DNA from: an uncultured Clostridia bacterium
GTDB lineage: Bacteria > Bacillota > Clostridia > TANB77 > CAG-508
Assembly (NCBI GenBank): GCA_944393455.1
Contig: CALYAH010000140.1
Coordinates: 1-36,923, forward strand
DNA length: 36,923 bases
Reading direction: 5' to 3'
Position numbers and translations under genes: made by a program. Shown one piece after another: positions 17,708-27,231 of this stretch. The notes beneath the pieces were generated by a model that saw only the letters and a program-made list of their open reading frames with translations, searched no databases and was not told where the DNA came from. Numbering within the stretch: the stretch's first letter is position 1; each line of letters begins with the position of its first letter.

Positions 17708-18208
17708 TTAACTTTCTTCATTCATATTTTCATAAAAACTCTTTTTATATTCTTCGATTTTAGCCAAATCGACCTCTCCTATTTTAAATAATATTTGTTC
17801 ATTTGATATTTTATATATTACATCTGTTTTTACAATACTATCCTTATGCAATCCATTTTTATTGTCTTTATGTATAAGTTTATTTGTTTTATATTTCATT
17901 TTCTTTAAATTCGATGATATTAGCATTCCAAAATTTTCAATAGGTACCGCTAAATTATTTTGTTCAATTATTACAAATAAATGATTTTGACCTTTACTAC
18001 CATTGTCATATCTATATTCATTCACAAAAACAATATCTCCTACTTCATATAAGAAATATTCTTCTTTTTCTTCTCCTACCTGTAGTATATTTTCAATTTT
18101 TCCTTTATGCCATTCTTCTTCTACTGGATATTCTTTAAAAGCTTCTTTTATATCTTTTATCTTTCCTTTTCTTTTTGCCAACTCTATAAAATCATTTATA
18201 TTTTTCAT
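17708..18208 (-). CDS. hypothetical protein with a MazF/PemK-like (SH3-barrel toxin) C-terminal region and a ~55-aa N-terminal extension
   Basis: VGDIVFVNEYRYDNGSKGQNHLFVIIEQ...GMLISSNLKK...NGLHKDSIVKTDVIYKISNEQILFKIGEV follows the PemK pattern GDIxxVxF...(R/H)PxhVh...TS...L.k.S.V....i.ti....l...G. GGGGA SD. It ends 16 nt before the recN ATG. Confidence 0.5.
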   Translation of the reverse strand: MKNINDFIELAKRKGKIKDIKEAFKEYPVEEEWHKGKIENILQVGEEKEEYFLYEVGDIVFVNEYRYDNGSKGQNHLFVIIEQNNLAVPIENFGMLISSNLKKMKYKTNKLIHKDNKNGLHKDSIVKTDVIYKISNEQILFKIGEVDLAKIEEYKKSFYENMNEES

Positions 18209-18303
18209 ATAATCATCCCCTTTTTCTTTATAAGTAATATTTTATCATATAGTTTATTGATTTTCAATACAAAAATGTTTACACTAAAAAAATGTTCGCC
18301 TTT

Positions 18304-18332
18304 ATTGTATCTTCAATTTTTAAAATTGTCAA
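18304..18332 (-). promoter_or_regulatory. promoter of the MazF-like/recN unit, enclosed by an inverted repeat
   Basis: Minus strand has TTGACA (18332-18327), a 17-nt spacer, then TACAAT (18309-18304). It is bracketed by AAAAAATGTTCGC (18353-18341) and GCGAACATTTTTT (18299-18287). A second candidate promoter is TTGAAA (18267-18262)-17-TAAAAT (18244-18239). Confidence 0.6.
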
Positions 18333-18357
18333 TACTTTTTGCGAACATTTTTTCTTT

Positions 18358-19515
18358 TTATATAAATTGTTCCCACACTTGATTTGCGAAGTCTAATCCT
18401 TTGTTAGTAAGTCTTATTTTATCTCCATCTATTTCTATTAATTTTTCTTTTATTAAAATTTCTAATTCTTTTCTAAATAAAAAAATTGGATTTTCAATAA
18501 ATTTTTCTTTAAATTTCTTTATAGAAACTCCTTTTATTTTCCTTAATCCTAATAGCATATATTCTTTTTGCTTGTCCTCAATAGTCTGCTTTTCATGAAT
18601 TTTATAAATTGCTTTTTTATTATTTTGTATTTTTTTCATGTTTTCAATATATTGTTCTATTTTTTCTGTGTTAGAATATCTAACTCCATTAATATAAGAA
18701 TGTGCAGCTACGCCAAATCCAATATATTCTTTTTGATTCCAACAATTTAGATTATGTTTTGATTCTTTCCCTTTTTTCGAAAAATTAGAAATTTCATAAT
18801 GATTATATCCTTTAAGCTCCAAAAAATTTTTTACATACCAATACATTCTTCTTTCTTCATCTTCTTTTGGCAATTCTAATTTTCCTTCTTCTAATAGTTT
18901 TTTAATTAATGTTCCTTCTTCTATTATTAATGAATAGACACTTATATGACTTGGATTTAAGTTTACTATTTTTTCTAAACTTTCTTTTATATCTTGTATA
19001 TTTTGGTTTGGTAATCCAATCATTAAATCCACATTTATATTTTTTAATCCCGTTTCTTCTGCATTTTTGTATGTTTCTTCAAATTCTTTATATGTATGTA
19101 TTCTTCCTATTTGTTTTAATAATTTATCTTGAGTTGCTTGTAAGCCAATACTTAATCTGTTTATTCCTAATTTTTTGTAACCTTCTAATTTTTCTTTTGT
19201 TACTGTCCCTGGATTTACTTCTATTGTTATTTCTATCTTTTCCCACTTTAATTGATTATTTTTTAATTTATCTTTTAGTTTTATTAATATTTTTTCAATA
19301 CTCTTTGCTGACAAATAAGAAGGTGTTCCCCCTCCTAAATAAATTGTTGTTACACAATATTTTTCCAGATTATAACTATCTATTTCTTTTTCAATTGCTT
19401 TCACATATTCTTCTTCCTTATCTTCTATTCCTGAAAAAGAAATAAAGTCACAATAATAACATTTTTGTTTACAAAATGGTATATGAACATAAATCCCTAA
19501 TTCTTTTTTATTCAT
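18358..19515 (-). CDS. hemW: radical SAM heme chaperone HemW (oxygen-independent coproporphyrinogen-III oxidase-like)
   Basis: YVHIPFCKQKCYYCDF (CxxxCxxC), GGGTPS, and a HemN_C-like C-terminus; 385 aa. Confidence 0.9.
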   Translation of the reverse strand: MNKKELGIYVHIPFCKQKCYYCDFISFSGIEDKEEEYVKAIEKEIDSYNLEKYCVTTIYLGGGTPSYLSAKSIEKILIKLKDKLKNNQLKWEKIEITIEVNPGTVTKEKLEGYKKLGINRLSIGLQATQDKLLKQIGRIHTYKEFEETYKNAEETGLKNINVDLMIGLPNQNIQDIKESLEKIVNLNPSHISVYSLIIEEGTLIKKLLEEGKLELPKEDEERRMYWYVKNFLELKGYNHYEISNFSKKGKESKHNLNCWNQKEYIGFGVAAHSYINGVRYSNTEKIEQYIENMKKIQNNKKAIYKIHEKQTIEDKQKEYMLLGLRKIKGVSIKKFKEKFIENPIFLFRKELEILIKEKLIEIDGDKIRLTNKGLDFANQVWEQFI

Positions 19516-20380
19516 TTGCTATCTCCATTATTTTTTTTAATCTATAATTTACTCCTGATTTTCCTACTGGCTGTTTTAGTAATTTTCCTAAATCTCCTAA
19601 TGACATATCCGGATTTTCTAATCTTAAATTTGCTATTTCTTTTAAATTATCATCTAATTTGTTAAATTTTCCTTTGTTTTGTAATTTTCTAATTGCTGAA
19701 ATTTGTTCAATAGATGCATTAATAGTTTTGTTTAAATTAGCTGTTTCGCAATTTACTAATCTATTTACTTTACCTCTCATTTCTTTTTTTATTCTGATAT
19801 CTTCAAATTTCATAACTGCTTTATTAGCACCTATTAATGCTAAAAATCTAGAAATTTCTTCTCCTTCTTTTATATAGGCAGAATATTTATTTTGTGTTAT
19901 CATTTTTTTCGTGTTAATTCCTAATTTTTGTAATATTTCAATTATATCATCAAGATTTTTTTCGTTATTAAATACTATTTCCAAATGATATTTATTTTCT
20001 GGATTATTTATTGAACCAGAACCTAAAAATACGCCTCTTACTATATCTCTAAAAAACTCTTCTTTATTTACTTTTTCTTTATCTAAAAAAATTTGATTGT
20101 TTTCATATTTTATCAATGAGGCTATATCTTTTGTTTTTACTGTTATAACAAATATTTTCCCAACAACTTCTATATTATGATTTATATCTAAATTTGTTAA
20201 TAATTTTGAAAATCTATTAATATTGTAATCACTTTCAGTTGAAAATTTGATATTTTTATTATCGACTATATCAATATTTCCAGAAATCAAATAACCTATT
20301 AATTCATTTTTTACGATTTCTTTATTTGCTAAATTACTTGTTTTATTTAATTCTTGTTTTATTTCTGATGAAAAAGACAT
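19508..20380 (-). CDS. whiA: DNA-binding protein WhiA
   Basis: MSFSSEIKQEL start, LAGLIDADG-like repeats (RGVFLGSGSINNPENKYHLEI) and a C-terminal HTH (LGDLGKLLKQPVGKSGVNYRLKKI). Confidence 0.9.
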   Translation of the reverse strand: MSFSSEIKQELNKTSNLANKEIVKNELIGYLISGNIDIVDNKNIKFSTESDYNINRFSKLLTNLDINHNIEVVGKIFVITVKTKDIASLIKYENNQIFLDKEKVNKEEFFRDIVRGVFLGSGSINNPENKYHLEIVFNNEKNLDDIIEILQKLGINTKKMITQNKYSAYIKEGEEISRFLALIGANKAVMKFEDIRIKKEMRGKVNRLVNCETANLNKTINASIEQISAIRKLQNKGKFNKLDDNLKEIANLRLENPDMSLGDLGKLLKQPVGKSGVNYRLKKIMEIANE

Positions 20381-20407
20381 TTATTGCTCCTTTCTTCTTA
20401 ATTTCTT

Positions 20408-21253
20408 TTATGATAGTTTTGTTATAATAACTCTATCATTTCCATATAAATCTTTTTTACAATACGTACCAATATATTTTTCTTCATTTTCAATTAATTC
20501 TATAACATCTATTTTTTGATCATATCCAATTTCTAAACATAAATATCCATTAAATTTAAGGTATTCATCAGATTGATGAATAATTTTTCTATAAAAATCC
20601 AAACCATCATAACCTCCATCTAAGGCAATCGTAGGTTCTTTTTGCACTTCTTTATCTAATTTTTTTATTAATTCTTTTTTTATATATGGTGGATTAGAAA
20701 CAATTATATCGTATTTTTCTTTTGCCATTTCATTAAATAAATTGGATTCTACAAATGTTATTTGATTTTCTACATTATTATTTTTTGCATTTAATTTAGC
20801 TATTCTTAATGCCTTTTGGCTTATATCTACTGCTGTAATATTACTCCCTTCAACATACTTTGCAAGCGATATCGCTATTGCCCCACTTCCTGTGCATAAA
20901 TCTAATATTTTTTTTGCATTTATTTTTTTTGCTATTTTTATAACTTCTTCTACTAAAGTTTCAGTATCAGGTCTTGGTATTAAGACATCTTCATTTACAT
21001 AGAAATTCATTTTCATAAATTCCTGCATGTGTGTTATATGTTGAAGTGGTACTCCGTTTGAAACTTTTTTGATTGCTTTAAAATAATCTACTTCTTGCCT
21101 TAAAGTTAGGGTATGATTATCATAAACTAATAAGTATTGCCTTGGTTTATTTAAAATGAATTGCATTAATAATCTAGCTTTTAGATTTGGTTCATCTATT
21201 CCATTATTTTTTAATGTTATCATTCCTTTTCTTATTGTTTCTCTTATTGTCAT
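20408..21253 (-). CDS. prmC: peptide chain release factor N5-glutamine methyltransferase
   Basis: LIPRPDTE, ILDLCTGSGAIAISLA and IVSNPPYI motifs. The ATG at 21253 follows GAAGGTG; the track start at 21259 is a GTG. Confidence 0.9.
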   Translation of the reverse strand: MTIRETIRKGMITLKNNGIDEPNLKARLLMQFILNKPRQYLLVYDNHTLTLRQEVDYFKAIKKVSNGVPLQHITHMQEFMKMNFYVNEDVLIPRPDTETLVEEVIKIAKKINAKKILDLCTGSGAIAISLAKYVEGSNITAVDISQKALRIAKLNAKNNNVENQITFVESNLFNEMAKEKYDIIVSNPPYIKKELIKKLDKEVQKEPTIALDGGYDGLDFYRKIIHQSDEYLKFNGYLCLEIGYDQKIDVIELIENEEKYIGTYCKKDLYGNDRVIITKLS

Positions 21254-21390
21254 AATCACACCTTCTCTCTATTTTTCTATATTTTATCACGTTATATTAT
21301 ATAAAACAAGTTGTTACTATTTAATGATTTTTATATTTAAGTTTTATGCTATCGACTAGTAGCGAAAAGTTTACTTTTTTAAAAAGTAAT

Positions 21391-21419
21391 TTGATATTAT
21401 AGAGAATTTATGGTATAAT
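21391..21419 (+). promoter_or_regulatory. near-consensus promoter for the 127-aa ORF
   Basis: TTGATA (21391-21396), a 17-nt spacer, then TATAAT (21414-21419), leaving a ~125-nt leader before the ATG at 21550. Confidence 0.65.
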
Positions 21420-21549
21420 TATGTTAACGGTAAATACTGTTAAATTATTTTTTTTACAATCTCATATAGAGTACTCACGAAGTTAGTGATGAAAAATATG
21501 AGATATTATGTAAAAATATTACACAAAAGAAAAATGGAGGAAAAAGAAA

Positions 21550-21933
21550 ATGTTACACAAAGTAGTTAATGCACATCAAGAATGGGAAATGGAACAGAAA
21601 GAGAAATTTAATGAGATTGTCAAAAAGGAACTTGAAAAAGAGTTTCAAAAAGTTTTCCAAGAGGAAAATGAATTAATAAAGAAAGGCAATAGTTTTTCTG
21701 GATATATAGTACCAGCTCCTCAAGGAGCTGGGAAGGATTTCAATATTAAAGGATTGGTCTACCTAGGTAGATATTCATCAGAAATGATGCAATACATCAT
21801 GATTTCATCATATCCTTTATATAAAGAAATCAAGTATATTCTGAACGAATATACTAAAAAAACTGGAAAAGCTTTAGCACTTTCTCCAGGAAAAAGCTTT
21901 CTGTTCTTTAAAAAAGAAGGAATCCATTTTTAG
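21550..21933 (+). CDS. hypothetical 127-aa protein
   Basis: GGAGG SD, its own promoter and its own terminator. I recognise no motif. Confidence 0.6.
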   Translation: MLHKVVNAHQEWEMEQKEKFNEIVKKELEKEFQKVFQEENELIKKGNSFSGYIVPAPQGAGKDFNIKGLVYLGRYSSEMMQYIMISSYPLYKEIKYILNEYTKKTGKALALSPGKSFLFFKKEGIHF

Positions 21934-21950
21934 GATTCCTTCTTTCTTTT
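21914..21950. terminator. bidirectional terminator shared by the 127-aa ORF and ftsH
   Basis: 12-bp stem AAGAAGGAATCC/GGATTCCTTCTT (21914-21925 and 21933-21944), with T-runs on both strands. Confidence 0.75.
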
Positions 21951-21972
21951 ATTTTTCAATTAACAAGATAAT

Positions 21973-23784
21973 TTAATTTTCAAAGAATTTCTTAAAGTCT
22001 TCTTCATTTATTTTTTCTTTTTCCAATAACGCTTGTGCTATCATATCTAATTTATCTCTATGCTCTTGTAATAAACTTATAGCATCACGATAAGCTATAT
22101 CTATAAGAGTTTTTACTTCTTCCCCTATTTTATCTCCAATATTTTCTCCAAACATTTGCATTTCGTATGGTTCTTTTCCTTGGAAATCTATTGGTCCTAA
22201 AGTATCACTCATTCCATATTTTGTTACCATATCTCTTGCAATTTTTGTTGCTACTTCAATATCATTACTTGCACCAGTTGAAATGTCATCTAATACTAAT
22301 TTTTCTGCTGCTCTTCCTCCTAATAAAGCAATTAATTTTTCTTGCATTTCAGTTTTAGAAATATAATATTTATCCTCATCTGATTTATACATTGTATATC
22401 CACCAGCAATACCTCTTGGAATAATAGATACTTCTTTTACATTAGTTTGTGTTGGCAAATATCTACTTACTACAGCATGTCCAGCTTCATGATATGCTGT
22501 CAATTTTTTGTCCTTCTGAGACATAACTCTTGTTCTTTTTTCTAATCCAACTGTTACTTTCTTTACAGCTTCTTCTACATCGCTATTCTCAATATCTTCA
22601 TGTTTATTTTTTGTCGCTATAATTGCTGCTTCATTTAAGATATTCTCAAGTTCTGCTCCTGTAAGTCCTGCCGTATCTTCTGCTATATTTTCTAAATTCA
22701 CGTCGTCTGATAATCTTTTATCTTTTGAGTGAATTTTTAATATTTCTAATCTTCCTTTTAAATCTGGAGTTGGAATAGTTATTTGTCTATCAAATCTTCC
22801 TGGTCTTAATAAAGCTTTATCAAGCATTTCTGGTCTATTAGTTGCTGCTAAAACAATAATGGTTTCTTCTGAACTAAATCCATCCATTTCTACTAGCAAT
22901 TGATTTAATGTTTGATTATTCTCTGTTTCTGCTCCACTATTCGAAGTTCTTCTAGAACCAATTGCATCAATTTCATCAATAAATACAATACAAGGCGCTA
23001 ATTTTCTAGCTTTTTCAAATAATTTTCTAACTCTAGATGCTCCAAGACCTGCAAACATTTCGATAAATTCTGATCCACTCATTGAAATAAATGGTACATC
23101 AGCTTCTCCTGCTATTGCTTTTGCTATTAAAGTTTTTCCTGTTCCAGGCTTTCCATATAGTAATACACCTTTTGGTATTCTAGCTCCCATTTTAGTAAAT
23201 TTTTCTGGTTTCTTCAAAAACTCTACAATTTCAATCATTTCTGCTTTTTCTTCATCTAGGCCTGCTACATCATCAAACTTAATTTTTGTTTTTCTTTCTG
23301 TATCATCATAAATTTTACCTTTTTCTCCAAGACCTTGTATTTTAAATATCATAATAAACAATGCAACCATTATAAGAGTTGGTAAAAATGTTATTATCAT
23401 GCTTGGAATTTGTGACACAACACTTCTAGACTTTTGAATTAATTCAATTTCATTTCCTTCTGCCACTTTAGTTTGTACTAATTCTATAAAACTCTCTGTA
23501 TTAGGTACTATTGTTGTCTTTTCTTCTTCGACATTTTTCATTTTGACTTTAACAGTTGTACTTCCTGTTTTCATTTCTATTTTTTCTATATTTCCGTAAG
23601 ATAACTCTTTAATTAAATCTGTATAAGCTAACACATTTTTTTCTTCTTGTTGTTTATTTTGTACTAAAAATACTCCTAACATAGCTATTAATACTACTAA
23701 TATTATTGTTAAAGCTACTAATAACCATATTTTCTTATCATTCTTTTTGTTCTTTTCTTTATTTTCATTCCTATTCTTACTCAT
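21973..23784 (-). CDS. ftsH: ATP-dependent zinc metalloprotease FtsH
   Basis: Two N-terminal TM helices, GKPGTGKTLIAKAIAGEA, IVFIDEIDA, an SRH region (ATNRPEMLDKALLRPGRFD) and the HEAGHAV zinc motif. Confidence 0.97.
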   Translation of the reverse strand: MSKNRNENKEKNKKNDKKIWLLVALTIILVVLIAMLGVFLVQNKQQEEKNVLAYTDLIKELSYGNIEKIEMKTGSTTVKVKMKNVEEEKTTIVPNTESFIELVQTKVAEGNEIELIQKSRSVVSQIPSMIITFLPTLIMVALFIMIFKIQGLGEKGKIYDDTERKTKIKFDDVAGLDEEKAEMIEIVEFLKKPEKFTKMGARIPKGVLLYGKPGTGKTLIAKAIAGEADVPFISMSGSEFIEMFAGLGASRVRKLFEKARKLAPCIVFIDEIDAIGSRRTSNSGAETENNQTLNQLLVEMDGFSSEETIIVLAATNRPEMLDKALLRPGRFDRQITIPTPDLKGRLEILKIHSKDKRLSDDVNLENIAEDTAGLTGAELENILNEAAIIATKNKHEDIENSDVEEAVKKVTVGLEKRTRVMSQKDKKLTAYHEAGHAVVSRYLPTQTNVKEVSIIPRGIAGGYTMYKSDEDKYYISKTEMQEKLIALLGGRAAEKLVLDDISTGASNDIEVATKIARDMVTKYGMSDTLGPIDFQGKEPYEMQMFGENIGDKIGEEVKTLIDIAYRDAISLLQEHRDKLDMIAQALLEKEKINEEDFKKFFEN

Positions 23785-23816
23785 CTTTCCTCCTTTTCCC
23801 CTTTTGCTTTTCTTTG

Positions 23817-24887
23817 TTAAGCATTAGAACCTTCTGGTTCACCGCCATTACCTTTTTCTTCCTTATCTTTTTCTTTTTTCTCCTCTTCTTCGTCTTTTTT
23901 CTTTTGTTCTTCTTTCTCTTGCTCTTCTTTGTCTTTTCTTTCCTTTTCTTCCATTTCCTTTTTTACAATTTCTTGTACTTCTGCAATTTTCATTAACTCA
24001 AACTGTTTTTTCACAAATTCTGTTTTTAATATTAAAATTGCTGCTATCAAGTAAATTGTTGCTACCGCCACATACATAACTTGAAAGTATTCCATTTCAA
24101 ATGGTATGAATATATTTACTGCCACATACAACAAATTCAGAATAATCGATAAAGTTAATGCATAAACTGACATATTAAATATTGCTGCATATCTCATTCT
24201 TATTTTTGCCAATAATGTAGTTATATAACCAAAGAAACTTAATAAAACAGCATCGGAAAGTGTAGTTAAGAAATACATTGTAAAGGCATAAATAAAAATA
24301 GTTAAAAACAAAGTAACATATAATGATATAACTTTACTACTAGTAGCATATTGAATTACATCTTGCTTTGAAAATGTATTTAATCCCATTGGTTCAAAAG
24401 TATCTTTATAATAATAAGTAATAGTACCAGCTACTGCTCCGTTTTTTATTAAAACTCTATCTTTTAATATTATTAGACCTTCACCTGATTCTGTAATTGT
24501 ATTGATATATTGATTTATTTTTTGCTCATCTTCTACTTTTGTATCAATAATTGTTCTTCCTACAAAAGAGTCATCTTCTGATATAACAATTTCTTTTTCT
24601 GAATCTACTGTTAACACTCCATCTTGATAAGAAAATTCTGGAAATTCATTTTTTAAATAAGTTACACCTTCTTGAATCATATTATATGTTTGATACATCA
24701 TTCCTAAACAGAATACAATAGAAAAAACTGCTACCAATTTAGCTAAATAACCAATTGTTCTCCCTACGCCTTCTGCTGCCATATCTGGATATTTTTCTAT
24801 TTTAGTTATAGAATACCATACTTTCTTAAAGAATCCTTGTTTTAATGAACTTTCTTTTTTATTTTCTCCTTTGTTTTGTTCTTCCAT
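23817..24887 (-). CDS. DUF1189-like polytopic membrane protein with a K/E-rich C-terminal tail
   Basis: KKVWYSITKIEKYPDMAAEGVGRTIGYLAKL plus several TM helices. The tail is KKEMEEKERKDKEEQEKEEQKKKDEEEEKKEKDKEEKGNGGEPEGSNA. Confidence 0.7.
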   Translation of the reverse strand: MEEQNKGENKKESSLKQGFFKKVWYSITKIEKYPDMAAEGVGRTIGYLAKLVAVFSIVFCLGMMYQTYNMIQEGVTYLKNEFPEFSYQDGVLTVDSEKEIVISEDDSFVGRTIIDTKVEDEQKINQYINTITESGEGLIILKDRVLIKNGAVAGTITYYYKDTFEPMGLNTFSKQDVIQYATSSKVISLYVTLFLTIFIYAFTMYFLTTLSDAVLLSFFGYITTLLAKIRMRYAAIFNMSVYALTLSIILNLLYVAVNIFIPFEMEYFQVMYVAVATIYLIAAILILKTEFVKKQFELMKIAEVQEIVKKEMEEKERKDKEEQEKEEQKKKDEEEEKKEKDKEEKGNGGEPEGSNA

Positions 24888-24889
24888 TA

Positions 24890-26008
24890 TTATCTGTACT
24901 CCCTTCTTACACTAGAATCTACAAACTTTGGATTAACTTGGAAAGTTACTTTGTCTCCTATTTTAATATCTTTCCCATCAATATCACATGTAATATGATA
25001 TGTTCCTATTCTTCCTAAAACTCTACATGTTTTATCCGCTATTTTTACATATATTGCTTGTTTTTTTAACAAATTCTTTATATCTCTTACAATATATCTA
25101 ATTTTATCAACCATTCGGAACATATCTTTACCATTTATTATATTTACTCCATCCATATAACCACAAGGAATAATAGCTACTTTCATGTCTTTTTTTGTTT
25201 TATATGTATTAGAATATCCAATGTTAAATCCCTTTGGTAGTTCTTTTATTTCAGATACTGCTGATTCTAGATAAGCAATTTTCTTTAATCCAATACTATT
25301 CTCAAAAGAAATTCTTCCTAAAAATGCAGACCCAACTCTTACTGCATTTAAATGCATATTAGGGTATTTCAAAAAAGCTGAGGAATTACATATGTGTAAT
25401 ATTCCTGTATCTATTTCATTCATTTTTAATACTTCTATTACATCCATAAATCTTTTGAATTGTAATTTAGTATATTCCTCATCAAAGAAACTAATTGAAA
25501 AATGTGTAAAAGTTCCTTCTATTTTTACATTTTTTAATTCTTTTATAGTTTCTACAATTTCTTCTCTTTTATTATAAACAAAACCATATCTTCCAAATCC
25601 AGTATCTATTTTTAGATGTGCTTTTATTTTTTTGCCATTCTCTTCTCCAATTTTTTCAGCTATTTTAGCATCTTCTTTTGACCCAATTGTAATTGTAATA
25701 TTATTTTGAATTAGAGTTCTTACATCTTCTTCAATAGCAGTTGCAGAAAGCATTAAAATTTCTTCTTTTATTCCTGCTTTTCTTAATATTAAAGCTTCAT
25801 CTACTGTTGAAACTGCAAAAGATGAAATCCCATTATCAATTAAAAATTTTGTAAATTCTACTATTCCTAATCCATATGCATTTCCTTTTACAACTGCTAT
25901 TATTTTTAAAGGATTTCCTTTATCATCTTTTCCACTTTTATTAGCATATTTTTTTATTTGTTCAATATTATGTCTCAAATCTTCTTTTTTAATTACTAAA
26001 GTGTTCAA
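24890..26008 (-). CDS. alr: alanine racemase
   Basis: [11 protein letters not shown] (PLP lysine), [12 protein letters not shown] and the C-terminal beta domain; 372 aa. Confidence 0.92.
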   Translation of the reverse strand: MNTLVIKKEDLRHNIEQIKKYANKSGKDDKGNPLKIIAVVKGNAYGLGIVEFTKFLIDNGISSFAVSTVDEALILRKAGIKEEILMLSATAIEEDVRTLIQNNITITIGSKEDAKIAEKIGEENGKKIKAHLKIDTGFGRYGFVYNKREEIVETIKELKNVKIEGTFTHFSISFFDEEYTKLQFKRFMDVIEVLKMNEIDTGILHICNSSAFLKYPNMHLNAVRVGSAFLGRISFENSIGLKKIAYLESAVSEIKELPKGFNIGYSNTYKTKKDMKVAIIPCGYMDGVNIINGKDMFRMVDKIRYIVRDIKNLLKKQAIYVKIADKTCRVLGRIGTYHITCDIDGKDIKIGDKVTFQVNPKFVDSSVRREYR

Positions 26009-26023
26009 CGTTCGTTTCTCCTT

Positions 26024-27082
26024 TTATTTTGAAAACTTTCTTTTTATTTGTCTTATCGTTCGGAACATCTTCTCTGAAAAACGATATAATTTATAAGTTA
26101 TTGGTTTAAATGGCATATAAATTTCCCCAATAAATTCTGTAAATGTTGCTCCAAATCCTTGTTTAAATCTATATAATCCATATTGTGGATGGTTTTCGTC
26201 TACTACACCTGATACACCTCTAAAATCATAGATATCATCATGTCTTGCAATTGCCATTTTTATCATTTCCCATTGTAATAAGTAGTTTGGCATTAAGTTT
26301 CTATGACTATTGCTACTTGCTCCATACAAATACCAAGTTTTATTTCCATAAAAAATTGGAATAACTCCTGATATTGGCTTGTCCTCATAATAAGCCATTA
26401 ACAATTTCATGTGTTCTGGTCCTAAACAGTCATACATTTTTTCAAAATATTCTAATGGTCTTATTATAAAACCATCTCTTTTTCCTGTTTCTATCATAAT
26501 TTTATGAAATTCTTTTAAATCTTCTCTAGTTCCTTCTTTTACTACTACACCTTTTCGTCCTGCTAAACGTATGTTATATCTCCACTTTTGTTTAAAACCT
26601 GCCATTACTTCTTCTTCTGTTTTTCCTTTTATATCTAATCTAAAAACATACCTTGGTTGAATTTCATCTTTAAAGTCTTTAGCATCATCTTTTATTTTAT
26701 ATCCTAAATTGGTTACAATATCTCTAAAAATTTGGTCTGAACTTAATATATCTGGTTCAATTCTTAATACAATTGCATTATATTTTTTTGCTAATTCTTT
26801 TGCTCCATCTGTCAATTGTTTCATAACTGCTATATCATGTATATCACATACTGGACCTCTTGATGCATACATAATATTTCCAAATATAGGCATCTTACGA
26901 ATCCATACACATAGTGAACCTATAATATTTCCATCATCATCTTCTGCAAGTATTACCTCTGGTTTCCAATTTGGCTTTTTTACTTCTGCCCATTCTAATG
27001 ATTGTTGGAAATTACTTCTTTCATGATTTTCTAAAAATTTCTTATATTCCTTTTTCGATTCTTCATCTGTTACAAACTTCAT
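26024..27082 (-). CDS. FemAB-family peptidoglycan interpeptide-bridge aminoacyltransferase (FemX-like)
   Basis: FQQSLEWAEVK, YASRGPV, WRYNIRLAGRKGV, YLYGASSN and YRFKQGFG are typical FemABX motifs. The ATG at 27082 follows an AGGAGG SD. Confidence 0.85.
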   Translation of the reverse strand: MKFVTDEESKKEYKKFLENHERSNFQQSLEWAEVKKPNWKPEVILAEDDDGNIIGSLCVWIRKMPIFGNIMYASRGPVCDIHDIAVMKQLTDGAKELAKKYNAIVLRIEPDILSSDQIFRDIVTNLGYKIKDDAKDFKDEIQPRYVFRLDIKGKTEEEVMAGFKQKWRYNIRLAGRKGVVVKEGTREDLKEFHKIMIETGKRDGFIIRPLEYFEKMYDCLGPEHMKLLMAYYEDKPISGVIPIFYGNKTWYLYGASSNSHRNLMPNYLLQWEMIKMAIARHDDIYDFRGVSGVVDENHPQYGLYRFKQGFGATFTEFIGEIYMPFKPITYKLYRFSEKMFRTIRQIKRKFSK

Positions 27083-27200
27083 GCTTCCTCCTATGTCCAA
27101 TTGGGGACGTTTCCTTTTGGACATTTTTGTCCATTCTGGGACACATCTCCAATTTATCTTTTTTATTATTTACAATATAAACGTATTTTACACTAAATTG

Positions 27201-27229
27201 CAAAAAAATACAAGCTGTTTTCAGCTTGT
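27201..27229 (-). terminator. rho-independent terminator ending the NTase/zeta-like operon
   Basis: Stem ACAAGCTG/CAGCTTGT with a 4-nt loop, followed on the minus strand by ATTTTTTTG, starting 3 nt after the TAG stop. Confidence 0.85.
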
Positions 27230-27231
27230 TT

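Noticed and set aside
18287-18353. Canonical LexA/Cheo box (CGAAC-N4-GTTCG) upstream of recN
   Set aside because: CGAAC half-sites are present, but the partner 4 nt away is TTTTA or ATTTG rather than GTTC. I report it only as a shared GCGAACA motif, not as a LexA site.
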